Counted from the first letter of the stretch, positions 1 to 11,844 are shown. The stretch is 41,708 nucleotides of DNA from Geosiphon pyriformis uo1 (GCA_016748015.1 JAAOMT010000436.1:9667-51374); one strand, 5' to 3'. Notes: generated from the sequence alone by a model not told the origin. Translations and numbers: made by a program.

Positions 1-198
1 TGTTATAATATCTTAATTATTTGCTAAATTTACTATAATTAACATTATTTTTTTAAAAATAAAAAATATCTAAATTATTTTACCAAGTTTTAAGAAAGTA
101 AAAAACTTACTAAAAATATTTATATTAGAAAAATAATTTTTAATAATTTTTAATTTATTTTAAAAAAACTTGTTATTAACAATTAACAATCTATATTT

Positions 199-210
199 AA
201 AGTAAAAAAT
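199..210 (+). repeat. 5' target-site duplication of ORF1-only retroposon (AAAGTAAAAAAT)
   Basis: Identical 12-mer occurs at 2531-2542, directly after the poly(A) tail. The AT-rich context lowers specificity. Confidence 0.7.
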
Positions 211-2490
211 AAATAATAAAAATACAAAACCGACTCTTTGGCTCCTTAATTTTATGACTACGACCAGAGCAAAAAGTAAAAAAACTGCACCTGATATCTG
301 TTCTGAGATATCTAATAAAATTTCAACCAGAGAAGCTCTCTCTGTTGTAGAAGCAACTAGGCAAAATGTTTTAGAAGCCTTCTCTTTATTCAGTAATCAT
401 GAAAAGTTGCCTTTGGTAGTCACTGAATTAACTTCTTCATCTTTGGCTGGTTTTTTACCAGTTAAAATTCCCTCAAAGAGACACACTTGGGTTAGTTCCA
501 GTGTTGCCTCCACTCTGACTAAGAGCCCAAAAGTTTTTAATAATAGACTAGTAAATAAACTGGTCTTCCCCTCTATAGATTCAACACCTGGTGCTTCTGA
601 CACCACCTCCTCAAAAAAAATGGTCAAAAAGACCAAAAGTTCAGAAAAGTGAAGGCAATCGCTTGCCTCTGCTATTGTTACACCGAACTCCTTTGTGGTT
701 TCCAATGAGATCTTAGATGAGATCTCTGTAGCATCATCCGGCATATCATCCAAGATAGACCAAGATCAACCACTGGCTGTGTTGCCAAATATGGTGTTTT
801 CCAGCAGATCATCACCAGTTTTAAAAGCAAAACAATCTTCTTCTGTTGGGTCACCTGTTCTTGGGAACTGGGCTGATCAAATGAAACTGATTCATCTCCT
901 CCTCTAGTTTCTGGTGCTACTTCTGGTAATGCTTGGGAAACTATTATTAGTCATCAAAGATTTGCTGGGTGGGTGGCCTCCACTCTAGTGCCTAGTACTA
1001 TTTTTAAGATCAAATTGGCTCATGTTAAGGCTGTTTTTCAGTCTGTGCATGGTTTCTTGGGTGCTAAATCTGTTTCAAAAGACAATGTGAAGCTTTTCTG
1101 TGTGGAGTTTGCTTCTCAACAATCTTTGGAAGCTGTGTTTCTGGTTGAGCTTACAAGCTCTGTTCATTTGACCACTCTCAAAATTGCCAAGTCTTTGGTG
1201 GTTTCTGAATTTGGTTCCTCTTCTGCTGCTGTTGCGCTGCGTGATGTGCCTTTGGGTGTGTCTGCTGCTGATGTTAAGTTGGCTCTTAGTGTGTTTGGTA
1301 GTGTCACTCATGTTGTAATGAAGTCTGCTGACATTTGGCAATACATGGTAGTTTATTTTGAAAAGTTGGACTCTGCTGTGTCTGCCTTAAAGCATTGGTC
1401 AGTCTTGATAGACAAGGATAATATTAGAATTCTCCTTCTGGTGAATCAAAATGAGACTATTTTGTCTTGTGATAAGTTTAAGACCAAATTGGTCAACCTT
1501 CCCCCTGGCTGTACCACCTTTGAAATCAGTAATATGATTTCTCAGATTGGTGGTTGAACATGTTTCATCCCTTGTTCTCCTAATTCTGGTCATCATTTTC
1601 GGTTTGCTTTGGTTATATTTAACTCTCAAGGTGATTTGGATTCTGCTGTAGTCAAGACTGGTACTCTAAGGAAATGCCGTATCTGGTGGAAAACTCCTGG
1701 CTGCCGGCATTGCTTTAGGTGTCAAGAAATAGGCCATCTGGCCGTGGATTGCAAGATTTCCCCACCTTCCACTCCTAAGGTTTCCAAGGTTTTCAAGTTT
1801 CATTTTGTGGGTTCTGTTTCATATGCTAAGACTTCTGTTCTTTCTGGTCTTTCTGAGTTTCTTCCTTTGGTGGCTCTTTTGGCTGCTTCTGCTGCTGATC
1901 CTGCTGTTGATTCTAGATTGAATTCTTTGGAAAAGCAGATTTCAGATTTGGCTGCTCTGATTAAGTCTATTGTTGAGCCTGTTGGTTTTTTGGTTGCTTT
2001 AGTGTCTCGTCTTCTTGATGATAATACTGTTAAGACTGTTCAGGTTGAGAAAGATATTATTTCCATGAAAAGTGCTGCTAACAATTTCTCTAACCTTATG
2101 GTCAGAGTTTCTAAGAACATTGCTTGTCTTAGATCTGAGGTTGACTTTGGTAATATGGATTATGATAGTATGCTGGCTGCTAAGCCTTCCTTTTTAAGTG
2201 AGGACACTATTGAGTGTGTTATTGCTTTGTGGCATATGTCTGGTGCTGAAACCAGAGGCAATATTGAGTCTACTAGATTGTTTCTTAGTGAGTTTATTTT
2301 TGACTTTAGGAATTTGAATAGTATCATTGAGAGAATTTGTGGATTGGGATTATTCTCACCTATTTTTGATTCAGCATAGTGAATTCTTGATTGGGCCGAG
2401 TGTCTGATCATGTGTAGAAAATGCATGATTTACACCTATAATGTAATCTCTTATGTGGTATCATAGTTTTAGGTAGTATTTGGGTCTCAC

Positions 2491-2530
<40 letters not shown>
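211..2530 (+). mobile_element. Non-autonomous ORF1-only non-LTR retroposon (HAL1/half-LINE-like)
   Basis: Single gag-like ORF1 is followed immediately by a ~115-nt 3' UTR homologous to the LINE 3' UTR at 10024-10140, then poly(A), bounded by a TSD. No ORF2 sequence is present. Confidence 0.85.
254..2379 (+). pseudogene. LINE ORF1-type nucleic-acid-binding protein (RRM-like repeats, CCHC knuckle, coiled-coil), disrupted
   Basis: ORF-track pieces 254-652, 695-907, 973-1557 and 1609-2379 join through TGA stops (650, 1555) and one frameshift (~884). CFRCQEIGHLAVDC knuckle at 1711-1752. Colinear with LINE ORF1 (WSVLIDKDNIRI vs WSFLIRKDSVRV; DKFKTKLVNLP vs DQFRMLLFTLP). Confidence 0.85.

Positions 2531-2533
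<3 letters not shown>
2496..2533 (+). repeat. Pure poly(A) tail (38 A)
   Basis: Uninterrupted A run following CACTTGTT at the end of the 3' UTR. Confidence 0.95.
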
Positions 2534-2538
<5 letters not shown>

Positions 2539-2542
2539 AAAT
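2531..2542 (+). repeat. 3' target-site duplication of ORF1-only retroposon
   Basis: AAAGTAAAAAAT matches 199-210. Confidence 0.7.
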
Positions 2543-3110
2543 TTATAAACTAGAATGTTTATTAGTAGTTTTAATAAAAAAAACAAAAGCAAAAAAAAGT
2601 TATTTAAAACATTATTTTTATTATTATTATTGTTATTAAAATTAATTATACTTAGAAATTTTCTTAATACTTGTTTTATTACAATTTTTTGGCATTTTAA
2701 AAGTTATATTAACATTTTTTCTAATAAATTTATTACTATTTCCAAGCTAAAAACTTATTTCTTAATTAAAATTTATTTTTTAAGTTTATACTTTTTGTCT
2801 TAATAATATTTTCAGTCTTAAAACTAATTTTTTTTTAAGTAATAGACTATTCTTAAAAATACTAATACTAATAATTACAATAAGTTTTTTTAATATTCTA
2901 CTTTTATATTTTTTTTATTGATAAGTCTATGATAATTAAGCCAAAACTAGATTATTTTTTGATTTTTTTATATTTAAACAAAAAAAATTTGAAAATATCT
3001 AACTAAATAGTAAAAAAAAATAAAATTAAAAATAAAATTAAATAAAAAATATTAAAAAAAACAGTACATAATAATTAGCTAAAATTATATTATAGTAAAT
3101 TAATATTAAT

Positions 3111-3159
3111 AACATAAATACTTAAAATTAAAACATAAATACTTAAAATTAAAACATAA
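3111..3159. repeat. 21-bp tandem duplication (AACATAAATACTTAAAATTAA x2.3)
   Basis: Direct read: 3111-3131, 3132-3152, partial 3153-3159. Confidence 0.85.
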
Positions 3160-3302
3160 TTATTATTAATATTATTAAATTAAATTTCATAAAATTTAAT
3201 ATTAATAATTTTAATTAAATATTATTTAAAAGATAATTAATTTTAGATTATATTAAAACAATTTTACAAACATAAAAATTTATGCAAAAAAATTTACAAT
3301 AG

Positions 3303-3318
3303 TAATCAAAAATAAAAA
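3303..3318 (+). repeat. 5' TSD of full-length LINE
   Basis: TAATCAAAAATAAAAA vs TAATCAAAAATTAAAA at 10161-10176 (15/16). Confidence 0.75.
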
Positions 3319-3437
3319 TTTCTTTCTCTTCTACATTCCAAATTCTCCAAAGAGCACGTTTTTAAAAGAAGTTTTTTTGTTTTTTGTTTTTTCTACTTGC
3401 TATATTTCACTATTTTCTTACAAATAATCCATTTGTT

Positions 3438-5344
3438 GTGGACCTAGAAGCTGCTCCCAGCAGTGGTATGTTGAATAAAAAGGCTCCTGTTGGTGCTTTT
3501 TCTGGCTCTACTGGTGGCCCCTTCTCTCAAAAGAAAAGGGTTTCTCTTTGCCATATGATTCAGTTTGGTGATAAACATAAAGCTGCTTTGGCCAAACCTC
3601 GTTCTAAAGGAAGTCAATACTCAAATATGGAAAGTGATTCTGGTAACAGTGTTGCTAGTGACATATTGGCTGGTGGTGGTGATGGTTCTCTTTTTGGCTC
3701 AGCTGCAACAACTCCTAAGGTAAAGAGGGTTAAAAATAATTTGGATTGCGGTTCCTCTCTTGGTTCCTTGGATTATAACATAGATGATAATAATGGTGGT
3801 CCCCTCCCTCCTCCTCTTGGTATCTCTCTGGACAGGATTTGGTTAGACCCTAAGATTATTAAGACTCAGGTAGAAGTAGCGTTTAAGAAATTATATGCTT
3901 TGAATATCAATATTTCAAATGTGGAAGGCAAATTAGTGACAGCAAAGACTCAGCTCATAAGGAAAATTTTCTCAAAAATCATTGGTTTGGGGGGGCCACT
4001 ACCCCCTCAAAATTTGAAGGGATCATCAGATCCACATTTACATCAGAAGAAAGCATGAAAAAAGCTGCATCATTGGCTGGAAAAAATGGGATCATTGTAA
4101 ATACTGATTTCAAGAGACAAGGAGTGTGCTCAAATCGGACTGTGGTGATAAAAGAAATTCCCATGGACATGCCAAAAGAAATGATCATCACCACAGTATC
4201 CGAGTATGGTCAGATTGTGTCTATCAAAGTTCAGTTAATTGGACTATAGCAGAAGGCTATAGTGGAGTTTGCTGAATCTAGCCAGGCTGATTTGTTAGCA
4301 TCAAAATGGTCATTTCTAATTCGGAAAGATTCTGTGCGTGTGGCCAAGGCTGTGGGAGATCATGAGACATGGGCTTTTAGGGATCAATTCAGGATGCTTC
4401 TTTTTACATTGCCAGTGGAAATGACAGCTCATGATCTTGGGACTCTTTTGGAAGAGGCTGGTGGAAAAACTTGTGTTATTAATTGTTCATTGGAGACTGG
4501 CAATAAAACTCGCTGTGCTGTGGTCTGTTTTGAATCTGATGAAGCTATGGAATCAGCTTTTCACACGGAGTCTATCTTTGGTAGTGTGAAATTCTCATGG
4601 GCTAGGTTGGATTTAGTTTGCTGTAAACAGTATGGGAAGTTTGGTCATTCTGTCTTGAAATGTAATGCTGGGGTTGCGTCAGCTTCTCAGTCATCCAAGT
4701 TATTTAAAAAACCTGCTAACTTGGATACCCATCTACAGTTGGCCAAATTATATGCTAAAAAAAAGGTTCCAATCTCTCGTTCTGTTGCTTTTGGAGGCAA
4801 ATCCTGGGCCCAAGTGGTCTTAGTTGCTTCAGCCTTTCATAGTCCTCATGATGGCTCTGGTTCTGGTTTTTTGCCCTTTGGTGCTTCAAGTTCTGGTGGT
4901 ACTCCTCCCCCTCTTTCTATGGTCAATTCCCCCTTGGGTACACATTTGGCACGTCTAAAACACTCTGTAGAGCTCTTATTTGATCAAATTTTGAATATTC
5001 TTCTTCGTTTTGACAATCTCAGTTTGGTGCCTTCGGCTCCTTCTTTTAGTGTGATTCTTTCTGTGGATATTTCTCACCCATCTGTTTCTAATTTTCTTAT
5101 GGTTGCTGACTTTGACTTGGGCTCTAACATGGTATTAGATGCTTCTTTGGTTTAGCCTATTTTTCTTTCTTCTGGCAATGACAATTTTCAATTAGGTGTG
5201 AGCAGTTCCAAGGTGCTAACTTCTAAAGTTGGCATTTTAGAGTCGAAGTTGGTTGTCTTAGATGCCTCCATTGGCTCGATTTTGGTGAAGTTAGAGCAGA
5301 TGTGTGCTGGTTCGGGTCCTCTGGTCCTCTCCTCATCTCAATGA
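3438..5344 (+). pseudogene. LINE ORF1 (RRM-like domains plus degenerate CCHC knuckle)
   Basis: GTG at 3438 is ATG in the minus-strand copy (22901). Motifs VVIKEIPMDMPKEMI and CKQYGKFGHSVLKC. Frameshift ~3980, stops at 4247 and 5153, terminal TGA 5342-5344. Confidence 0.9.
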
Positions 5345-8300
5345 CCAGTTATATTTGGAAGATTGTTACGTGCAACATTTAGGGTATCAATGTTTCTGCA
5401 AAGCAAACAGATGTTGTTCATTGGCATGTAAGCTTGGGAAATATGGTTTTTTTTTTACTGAGACAAAGTTAAGGTCCTCTGCTGGGCCATAGATAAAGGA
5501 TAAATTTGATAGAATGCAAATTTTTTCTTTAGAATTGAATAAAGGTTTTATGGGTGCTGGAGTTGCAATTGTTATGAACACTTCTTTGGCTTGTCATGTA
5601 TCTAAGATGGAGGAGATTCCTGGTCAGGTTGTTTCTGTTTGGCTCTTGTTTAAGAGCAAGCTCTCGGTTACTGTTTTGGGATTGTATGCTGGTGTCTCTT
5701 TTGGGGCTAGGTTTGGTCAGGCTTCTGAAGTTAACTTTCTCATTGCAAAGGCTGTTAACTCCAGCAATTTTGTTATCTTGGGTGGGGACTTTAATGAGAA
5801 TAGATCTGGTAAAAGTGCTAGTTTTAAGTTTTGTTTGAGTTTGAGTTTGGTCAATTCATTTGTTGGTCATTATTTGGCTGATTCTCATACATGGAGCAAT
5901 TTGAAAGGAGTTGGGAAAATGCTTGATTACATTTTTGTTGGTGGTAATTTGTCTTTTGCTGTTGCTGGTCACCAAGTTGTCTCTGTTTCAGATTTTTTTA
6001 ACACCAATCACAGGGCAGTTGTAATTTTGGTCAGTTTGAGTGGGCTTTTGGATGTACAATTGAATAGTTTGCGCAAGCAGGCAAATAAAGATTGTTGGAA
6101 GTTTAAAATCAAGAATGCTGACTGTACTGGATGGGCAAAGTTTAAGGATCTTTCTTCAGCAAAACTCTTGTCTTTGAGTGAGATGTTTTTTGGTGCTGAA
6201 ATGTGTGGTGATGTGGATGCTATGTGGGCAGTTTTGGTGAGGGCTGTGGTAGATTCTGCTGATGTGACATTTTCAAGGCATTGGTTTAGTGAATTCAAGT
6301 GCTCAAAAAACTAACATTCTTCTAGGTTTTTTGGTCTGGAATTGTTGGTGGCCAAGATTGTCAAGAAATTTTGCTCGGGTGATTTGCTGGATACTGATTG
6401 TCTTGTAAGTAAATGGTTGACTCTGAATGATGCAAAGACTCATGCTTTCAAGGACTTGGTTAGTTCAGGGGTTAAATCTGATGTTGTTGTTAGGCATTTG
6501 TCTTTGGTTTGCAGAGATTACAGAAGGTCAAAGATGTTTGAGTCAAGATTGGCTGAGAAAGCTTTGGTTAGGAAGGCGATTGAGAAGTGCATGGATAATT
6601 TCTGTTTGGATAAGAGTAATATGATCAGGAGTGTATTGGAAAAGCCTTTTCGCAAGTGGTGTTGGATCACTTGATAGTTGATGATAATCTGGTGTTGTTG
6701 CCTGAAGAGATGAAGTCAAGCATGGACAAGATAATAGAAGAGTGGATAAGGAAATGCTCTGTGCAGTCTGAGCTTTCTGATCTTTGGGCTCGTTAATATG
6801 TGCCTTTGGACCATGTTTGGAATGATGCCTTTTTGGGTGTTATGAGGGTGATCAGTATGGGTGAGTTGCTTTCTGTTGTTGGTGATCTGCCTGATGGCAA
6901 GGCTGCTGGTTTGTCTGGTGTTCCTAATGAGTTGTGGAAACATGGTGGTGAGGTGGTTTTGGGGTGCCTGTTGGCACTGTTTAATAAGTGTTTGTCTGTT
7001 GGTATGGTGCCTGTTTTGTGAAAAAGGGCTTGGGTGTCAATGATTCTTAAGCCTTATGACTGGGATGGAGTTCTTATGAACACTCGGCCTATTGCTTTGA
7101 TTGAGACTGCTAGAAAAATTCTTTCCAAGATTCTGTTTGATTGTATTTCAATGGCTTGTAGCAAATTCAATGTTCTTTAAGGTGATAATTTTTTGGTACT
7201 GAAGGGTACGTCCACACAGTCTCCAGTGTTTGCTGTTGGTTTGGTGATTGAGGATGCCATTAAGAAGGATAGGGAGTTATGGTTGGTCTTACAAGATATG
7301 CGGAAAGCTTACGATTCAGTTGGGTGGCATTATTTAAGGACTAGTTTGTGATGTATTAAGATGTGTGAGAGGTTTATAAGGTTTTTTGGTGGTATTTATG
7401 AGGATAGAGTTAATAGGGTAATGACTGACTTTGGTTTGTCTGGTGGTTATAAGGTGTATGATAGACTGGATCAGGGTGAGGTCTTTTCGCCACTTCTTTG
7501 GAGAATTTTTTACGATCCACTTTTGTGTAAAATTAAGAGGCATGAACAATTGTGTAAGTACTGGATTGATACTAAGTTTGTTTCAAAGTCTGGCAGAATT
7601 GAGAGCAGTGGTGGTTTGACATCGTATTTTTCGGCTGGTGCATTTGTTGATGATATGATCTGGGTTGGGAATTGTCAGGCTTCTATTCAATATGCTCTGA
7701 ACATTGTCAGTGAATTTTTTGTGATCAATAATATTTCTATCAACAGTGAAAAGACGGTAGCTATTCTCATCAATCAGGGTGTTAAGGTTGCTTTGCTAAG
7801 CATTTGCAGTCAGCCAATTTCTATTGCCAAAAAAGAGGAAGCACATTGGTATCTAGGTATTTTTCTGTCAACTGAGGGGCTTTCCAAGCCAAGTGTTGCC
7901 AAGGCTTATGCAAATGTGCATTTCTTTGTCAATGTTGTGCTTAGGAAAGCTATTACAAACAAACAGTTCTCATATCTGGTGTTGGCTGTTTTGCAGCCTA
8001 TCATTAGCTATTGTATTCAGTTCAGTTTTGTCTCTTTTAATGTTTGTTGTAAGTGGGATGTCTTGATTAGAAAGGGTCTTAGGTCTAAGGCTTGTCTCTT
8101 CCGTGATTTTCTTGACACTGCTTTGCATCATCCCTCATTGTATAATATGAAGCTTTTTGAGCAGATGCAGTCAGAAGGGAAGATTGCTGCTCTGATAGTG
8201 TTCTCTAATGCCTTTGGTATTCTTGGGCATTTGTTTAGACATAGGTTTTTGGATCTGCAGGTTCTTGGTTGGGCTCCTTTAGATCCTTTGCAGTTTCTGG

Positions 8301-10023
8301 TCAGGTTGCTATTAGTCTAGTGAACAATTTTTTAGCTGGGATGGTGAAGATTTTTTTGGGCAATGAGCTTTCTTTGGTGAACAACCTCCCCACTGTATTT
8401 TGTAGTCCTGGTCATTTTCCATTGTCTTCTATTCTTGGAAAGTTTCTGTATTTTGACTCAGTCAAATCTCTTAGACACTTCAGTGTTGCTTTTAGTGATC
8501 AGCTTTTTGATAAAAAAGGTGTTTTGTTGGATTGAAAAACTTTTCGTCATTGGAAGAGATTGGATCTGCATAGCCCTGTGCCTCATTGGTTCTTGGTTTC
8601 TTCTGAGTTTTTGAAGAGTCAGAGTTGTTCATTTTTTGGTTCTATTGGCTCTGCAGAAAAGCTTGGTTTGGACATTCTGGAGTTTGGGGAATTTTCTGCA
8701 GTAAAAGATAGATTGCATAACATTTGGTCAGGCTTTTTTGAAGTTTTTACAGATGGATTTTTGAGAAATGCAGGCTCTGCTGAAGTCATCTGTGGTGCTG
8801 CTGCATACTTTCCGGTTTTGGATAAGAGCATTGGTGTTGCTGTTAGTGGTCTTTTGTCATTTACTATGACCGAATTGCAGACTGTCACTTTGGCTTTGGA
8901 GTGTGTTCCTTCTTTAAATACTGTGGTGTTACGTTTTGACAGCCAGGCTGCTATTGACGCATGTGTGTCTGAGATGTCTTTGGTCACCTCTGATTTCCGT
9001 AATCAATGCTGGCTGGAGAGGCATCATATTTTCAATTTGGTCAAGGATAAGGATCTTAGTGTAAGTTGGGTTAAGGTAAAAGGCCACTCTGGGATTCCTG
9101 GTAATATGGAAGCTGACTTGGCTGCTGGGGCTGCCTCTGGATCTCCCTTTTTCTTTTGTGGCAATGTGTGTGAACATTTTTTGGTTGCTGAGGGTATTGC
9201 TGTTTCTGGTAATGTCTGTCATTTTGTTAGGGATATTTTTTGGTCTGTTTGTTGTGCTCGTTGGGAAGCTGGGCCTGGTTGTGACATAATTCCAGATGCG
9301 ATGATTGGTTGTATAGACTGGGTTGTCATGGTAAAGGTGTGGCATCTTGACTCTCATATGCTCACAGGGTTCACTAGCCAGGTATCCTTAATGCTTTACA
9401 CTTATATTATGAAGGCTGTGCACAGAAGATTACCAGTAGTGGTAAGGAAGAAGTTGTATAATAAGCACTACCCTAATGTATTATGTTTGTTTTGCAGTGG
9501 GGTGGAGTTCTCTGACCACATTTTTACTTGTGTTCATAAGTCTGGCATTTGTGGTAAGATTTTGGCTGAGGCTTCTGCCCGTTGGTCAGCTTTGGCTGGC
9601 AGTTTCTCTGCTTCTGCCGTGTTGCAAGTCTTGTCTCAATGTTCCATTGATGTTGGGTTGTACACTTTGGTTTGCAAAGAGTTTGTGCTGGGGGAGTGAT
9701 ATAAAGAAGCTTGCAGTATTTTTGAGGATAGAAAGGTAGCAACTACTCAGATTGTTGATTATGTCAGGTTCGTGGTTGAGTTACATCATGCTAAAGTGTG
9801 GTTGGCTAGGGCCAGCCACTGGATGGTGATGGAGAAGGCTGGTCTGGTTTGTGACAGTGGTGTTGTTTCTGGGCTATCTCGTGGTGTGTCTTTAGTTTTG
9901 TCTGATGGTGTTGTAAAATTGCTTGGTGTGGCTGATTCTTTTGCTGTTAGCTTTGGTTGTCAGAAGCCTTATTGTTTCTTTTCTGGTCTGGGTGGCAGTG
10001 TGTGGGTTATTATAGGTGTTTAG
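5341..10023 (+). pseudogene. LINE ORF2: AP endonuclease, reverse transcriptase, RNase H, C-terminal Zn finger
   Basis: APE motifs TCNI*GIN, TETK, GGDFN, LDYIF. RT motifs QDMRKAYDSV, DQGEVFSPLLW, FVDD. RNase H motifs FTDG, TEL, DSQAAI, KVKGHSG..GN.EAD. Zn finger CLFCSGVEFSDHIFTC. Many stops and frameshifts. Confidence 0.95.
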
Positions 10024-10160
10024 TGTTGTCTTGTCTGGCCTGAGTGGCTAGCCACATGTAGAAAATGTGTGAGTCGCATTTAGTGTGAGCCTCTTAGTTT
10101 GGCTCTATGTACTAGATAGCGATTGGGCTACACTCGTTAAAATGTTAAATAAAAAAAAAA

Positions 10161-10176
10161 TAATCAAAAATTAAAA
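10161..10176 (+). repeat. 3' TSD of full-length LINE
   Basis: Matches 3303-3318 with one mismatch, immediately after the A-tail. Confidence 0.75.
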
Positions 10177-10265
10177 CAATAATATATATTTCAAAAAACA
10201 TTAACAATATAATTTAATAATTAGTCAAAGACTTATAATAATTAAATTTAAATTTAGAAATTACA

Positions 10266-10285
10266 NNNNNNNNNNNNNNNNNNNN
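10266..10285. other. Assembly gap (20 N)
   Basis: N run in sequence. Confidence 1.
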
Positions 10286-11129
10286 TATTATGAAGGCTGT
10301 GCACAGAAGATTACCAGTAGTGGTAAGGAAGAGGTTGTATAATAAGCACTACCCTAATGTATTATGTTTGTTTTGTGGTGGGGTGGAGTTCTCTGACCAC
10401 ATTTTTACTTGTGTTCATAAGTCTGGCATTTGTGGCAAGATTTTGGCTGAGGCTTCTGCCCGTTGGTCAGCTTTGGCTGGCAGTTTCTCTGCTTCTGCCG
10501 TGTTGCAAGTCTTGTCTCAATGTTCCATTGATGTTGGGTTGTACACTTTGGTTTGCAAAGAGTTTGTGCTGGGGGAGTGGTATAAAGAAGCTTGCAGTAT
10601 TTTTGAGGATAGGAAGATAGCAACTACTCAGATTGTTGATTATGTCAGGTTCATGCTAAAGTGTGGTTGGCTAGGGCCAGCCACTGGGTGGTGATGGAAA
10701 AGGCTGGTCTGGTTTGTGACAGTGGTGTTGTTTCTGGGCTATCTCGTGGTGTGTCTTCAGTTTTGTCTGATGGTGTTGTAAAATTGCTTGGTGTGACTGA
10801 TTTTTTTGCTGTTAGCTTTGGTTGTCAGAAGCCTTATTGTTTCTTTTCTGGTCTGGGTGGCAGTGTGTGGGTTATTATAGGTGTGTAGTGTTGTCTTGTC
10901 TGGCCTGAGTGGCTAGCCACATGTAGAAAGTGCGTGAGTCGCATTTAGTGTGAGCCTCTTAGTTTGGCTCTATGTACTAGATAGCAATTGGGCTACACTC
11001 GTTAAAATATTAAATAAAAAAAAATAATCAAAAATTAAAACAATAATATATATTTCAAAAAACATTAACAATATAATTTAATAATTAGTTAAAGACTTAT
11101 AATAATTAAATTTAAATTTAGAAATTACA
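10286..11129 (+). repeat. Direct duplicate of 9405-10265 (LINE 3' end, tail, TSD and downstream flank)
   Basis: About 2% substitutions (almost all transitions), a 16-bp deletion and one fewer A in the tail. Lies directly across the gap. Confidence 0.95.
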
Positions 11130-11844
11130 ATTAATACTATTTTTAATTTCAAACCACCTATTTTGGTAGTAAAGACTTTTGAATTACTTAAATTGAAATT
11201 AGAAACAACACTATTAATAATAAAAAAAGGAGGAATAGGGGCCAACAATGCATTATTCATAACTATATCCAAATTTGGCACTAATAATGTTAGAGTAGAG
11301 ATAATTAGAGCTGTAAAACCAAATACTGGCACTAAAGGTACCAGTTCTACATTATTCAATCTATGTACTATGCTCAACACTTGGTTAGCCAAGAGTTCTA
11401 ATGAGCATTCCAAAGAAGCTAGACAGTTAACAATAGAAGAATTATCCTGAATAACTAATGAAGAATTTCTAATACTTCAAGAACTAAAAAACTAAGAACC
11501 AGAACCAGAAACCAAAGGAGGGTTGACATCAGAAAAGACAGCAAATAAGACCACTTAAGTCTAAGATTTGTTACCAAAGGCAGCAGAATAAAAAATTGGA
11601 ACACATTTTTTAGCATACAATTTGGCCAGTTGAAGATTATTCACTTCAGACACAGATTTCTTAAATGATTTTGGAATTTCAGAACTAGACATAGTTGTTG
11701 CATTATATTTCAAAGCAGTATAACCAAATTTTCCACATTTTTTGCATTTAACCAGATCTATTCTTGTCCAAAAAAGTTTTACATCACCAAATATTAGCTT
11801 AGTATAATATGTAAAATTCATTTTCTTATCAGATTCAAAATTGA
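11130..11844 (-). pseudogene. Old LINE ORF1, C-terminal part (continuation of 21815-23020, split by Gypsy insertion)
   Basis: FESD..., CKKCGKFGYTALKY, LQLAKLYAKK and SKVFTTKIGGL align with ORF1 at 4530-5250. Confidence 0.9.

Larger units (their letters stand above)
3319..10160 (+). mobile_element. Full-length non-LTR retrotransposon (LINE; ORF1 plus APE-RT-RNase H-Zn finger ORF2), inactivated
   Basis: Pyrimidine-rich 5' end is shared with copies at ~23020(-) and ~23069(+). Two ORFs, 3' UTR, A-rich tail and TSD are present. Clade (L1/Tad1-like) cannot be determined without a phylogeny. Confidence 0.95.

Noticed and set aside
1-3114. Solo LTR (TGTTAT...ATAACA) hosting the ORF1-only element
   Set aside because: The ends resemble local LTR termini and share AATTTACTATAAT in inverted orientation, but the DNA is extremely AT-rich, starts at the window edge and has no second copy to confirm it.
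3319-3437. Self-cleaving ribozyme (HDV/hammerhead) at LINE ends
   Set aside because: The 5' UTR is pyrimidine/T-rich without nested pairing, and the 3' fold lacks an intact CUGANGA/GAAA hammerhead core.
5341-10023. Alternative genetic code (TGA=Trp, e.g. Mollicutes endobacterium or mitochondrion)
   Set aside because: Stops include TAG and TAA at Trp/Gln/Arg positions, frameshifts are also present, and the duplicate copy has TGG where this one has TGA. This is mutation, not recoding.
10286-11015. Independent 5'-truncated LINE insertion
   Set aside because: It shares the same TSD and ~100 bp of downstream flank with the upstream copy and starts at an assembly gap.
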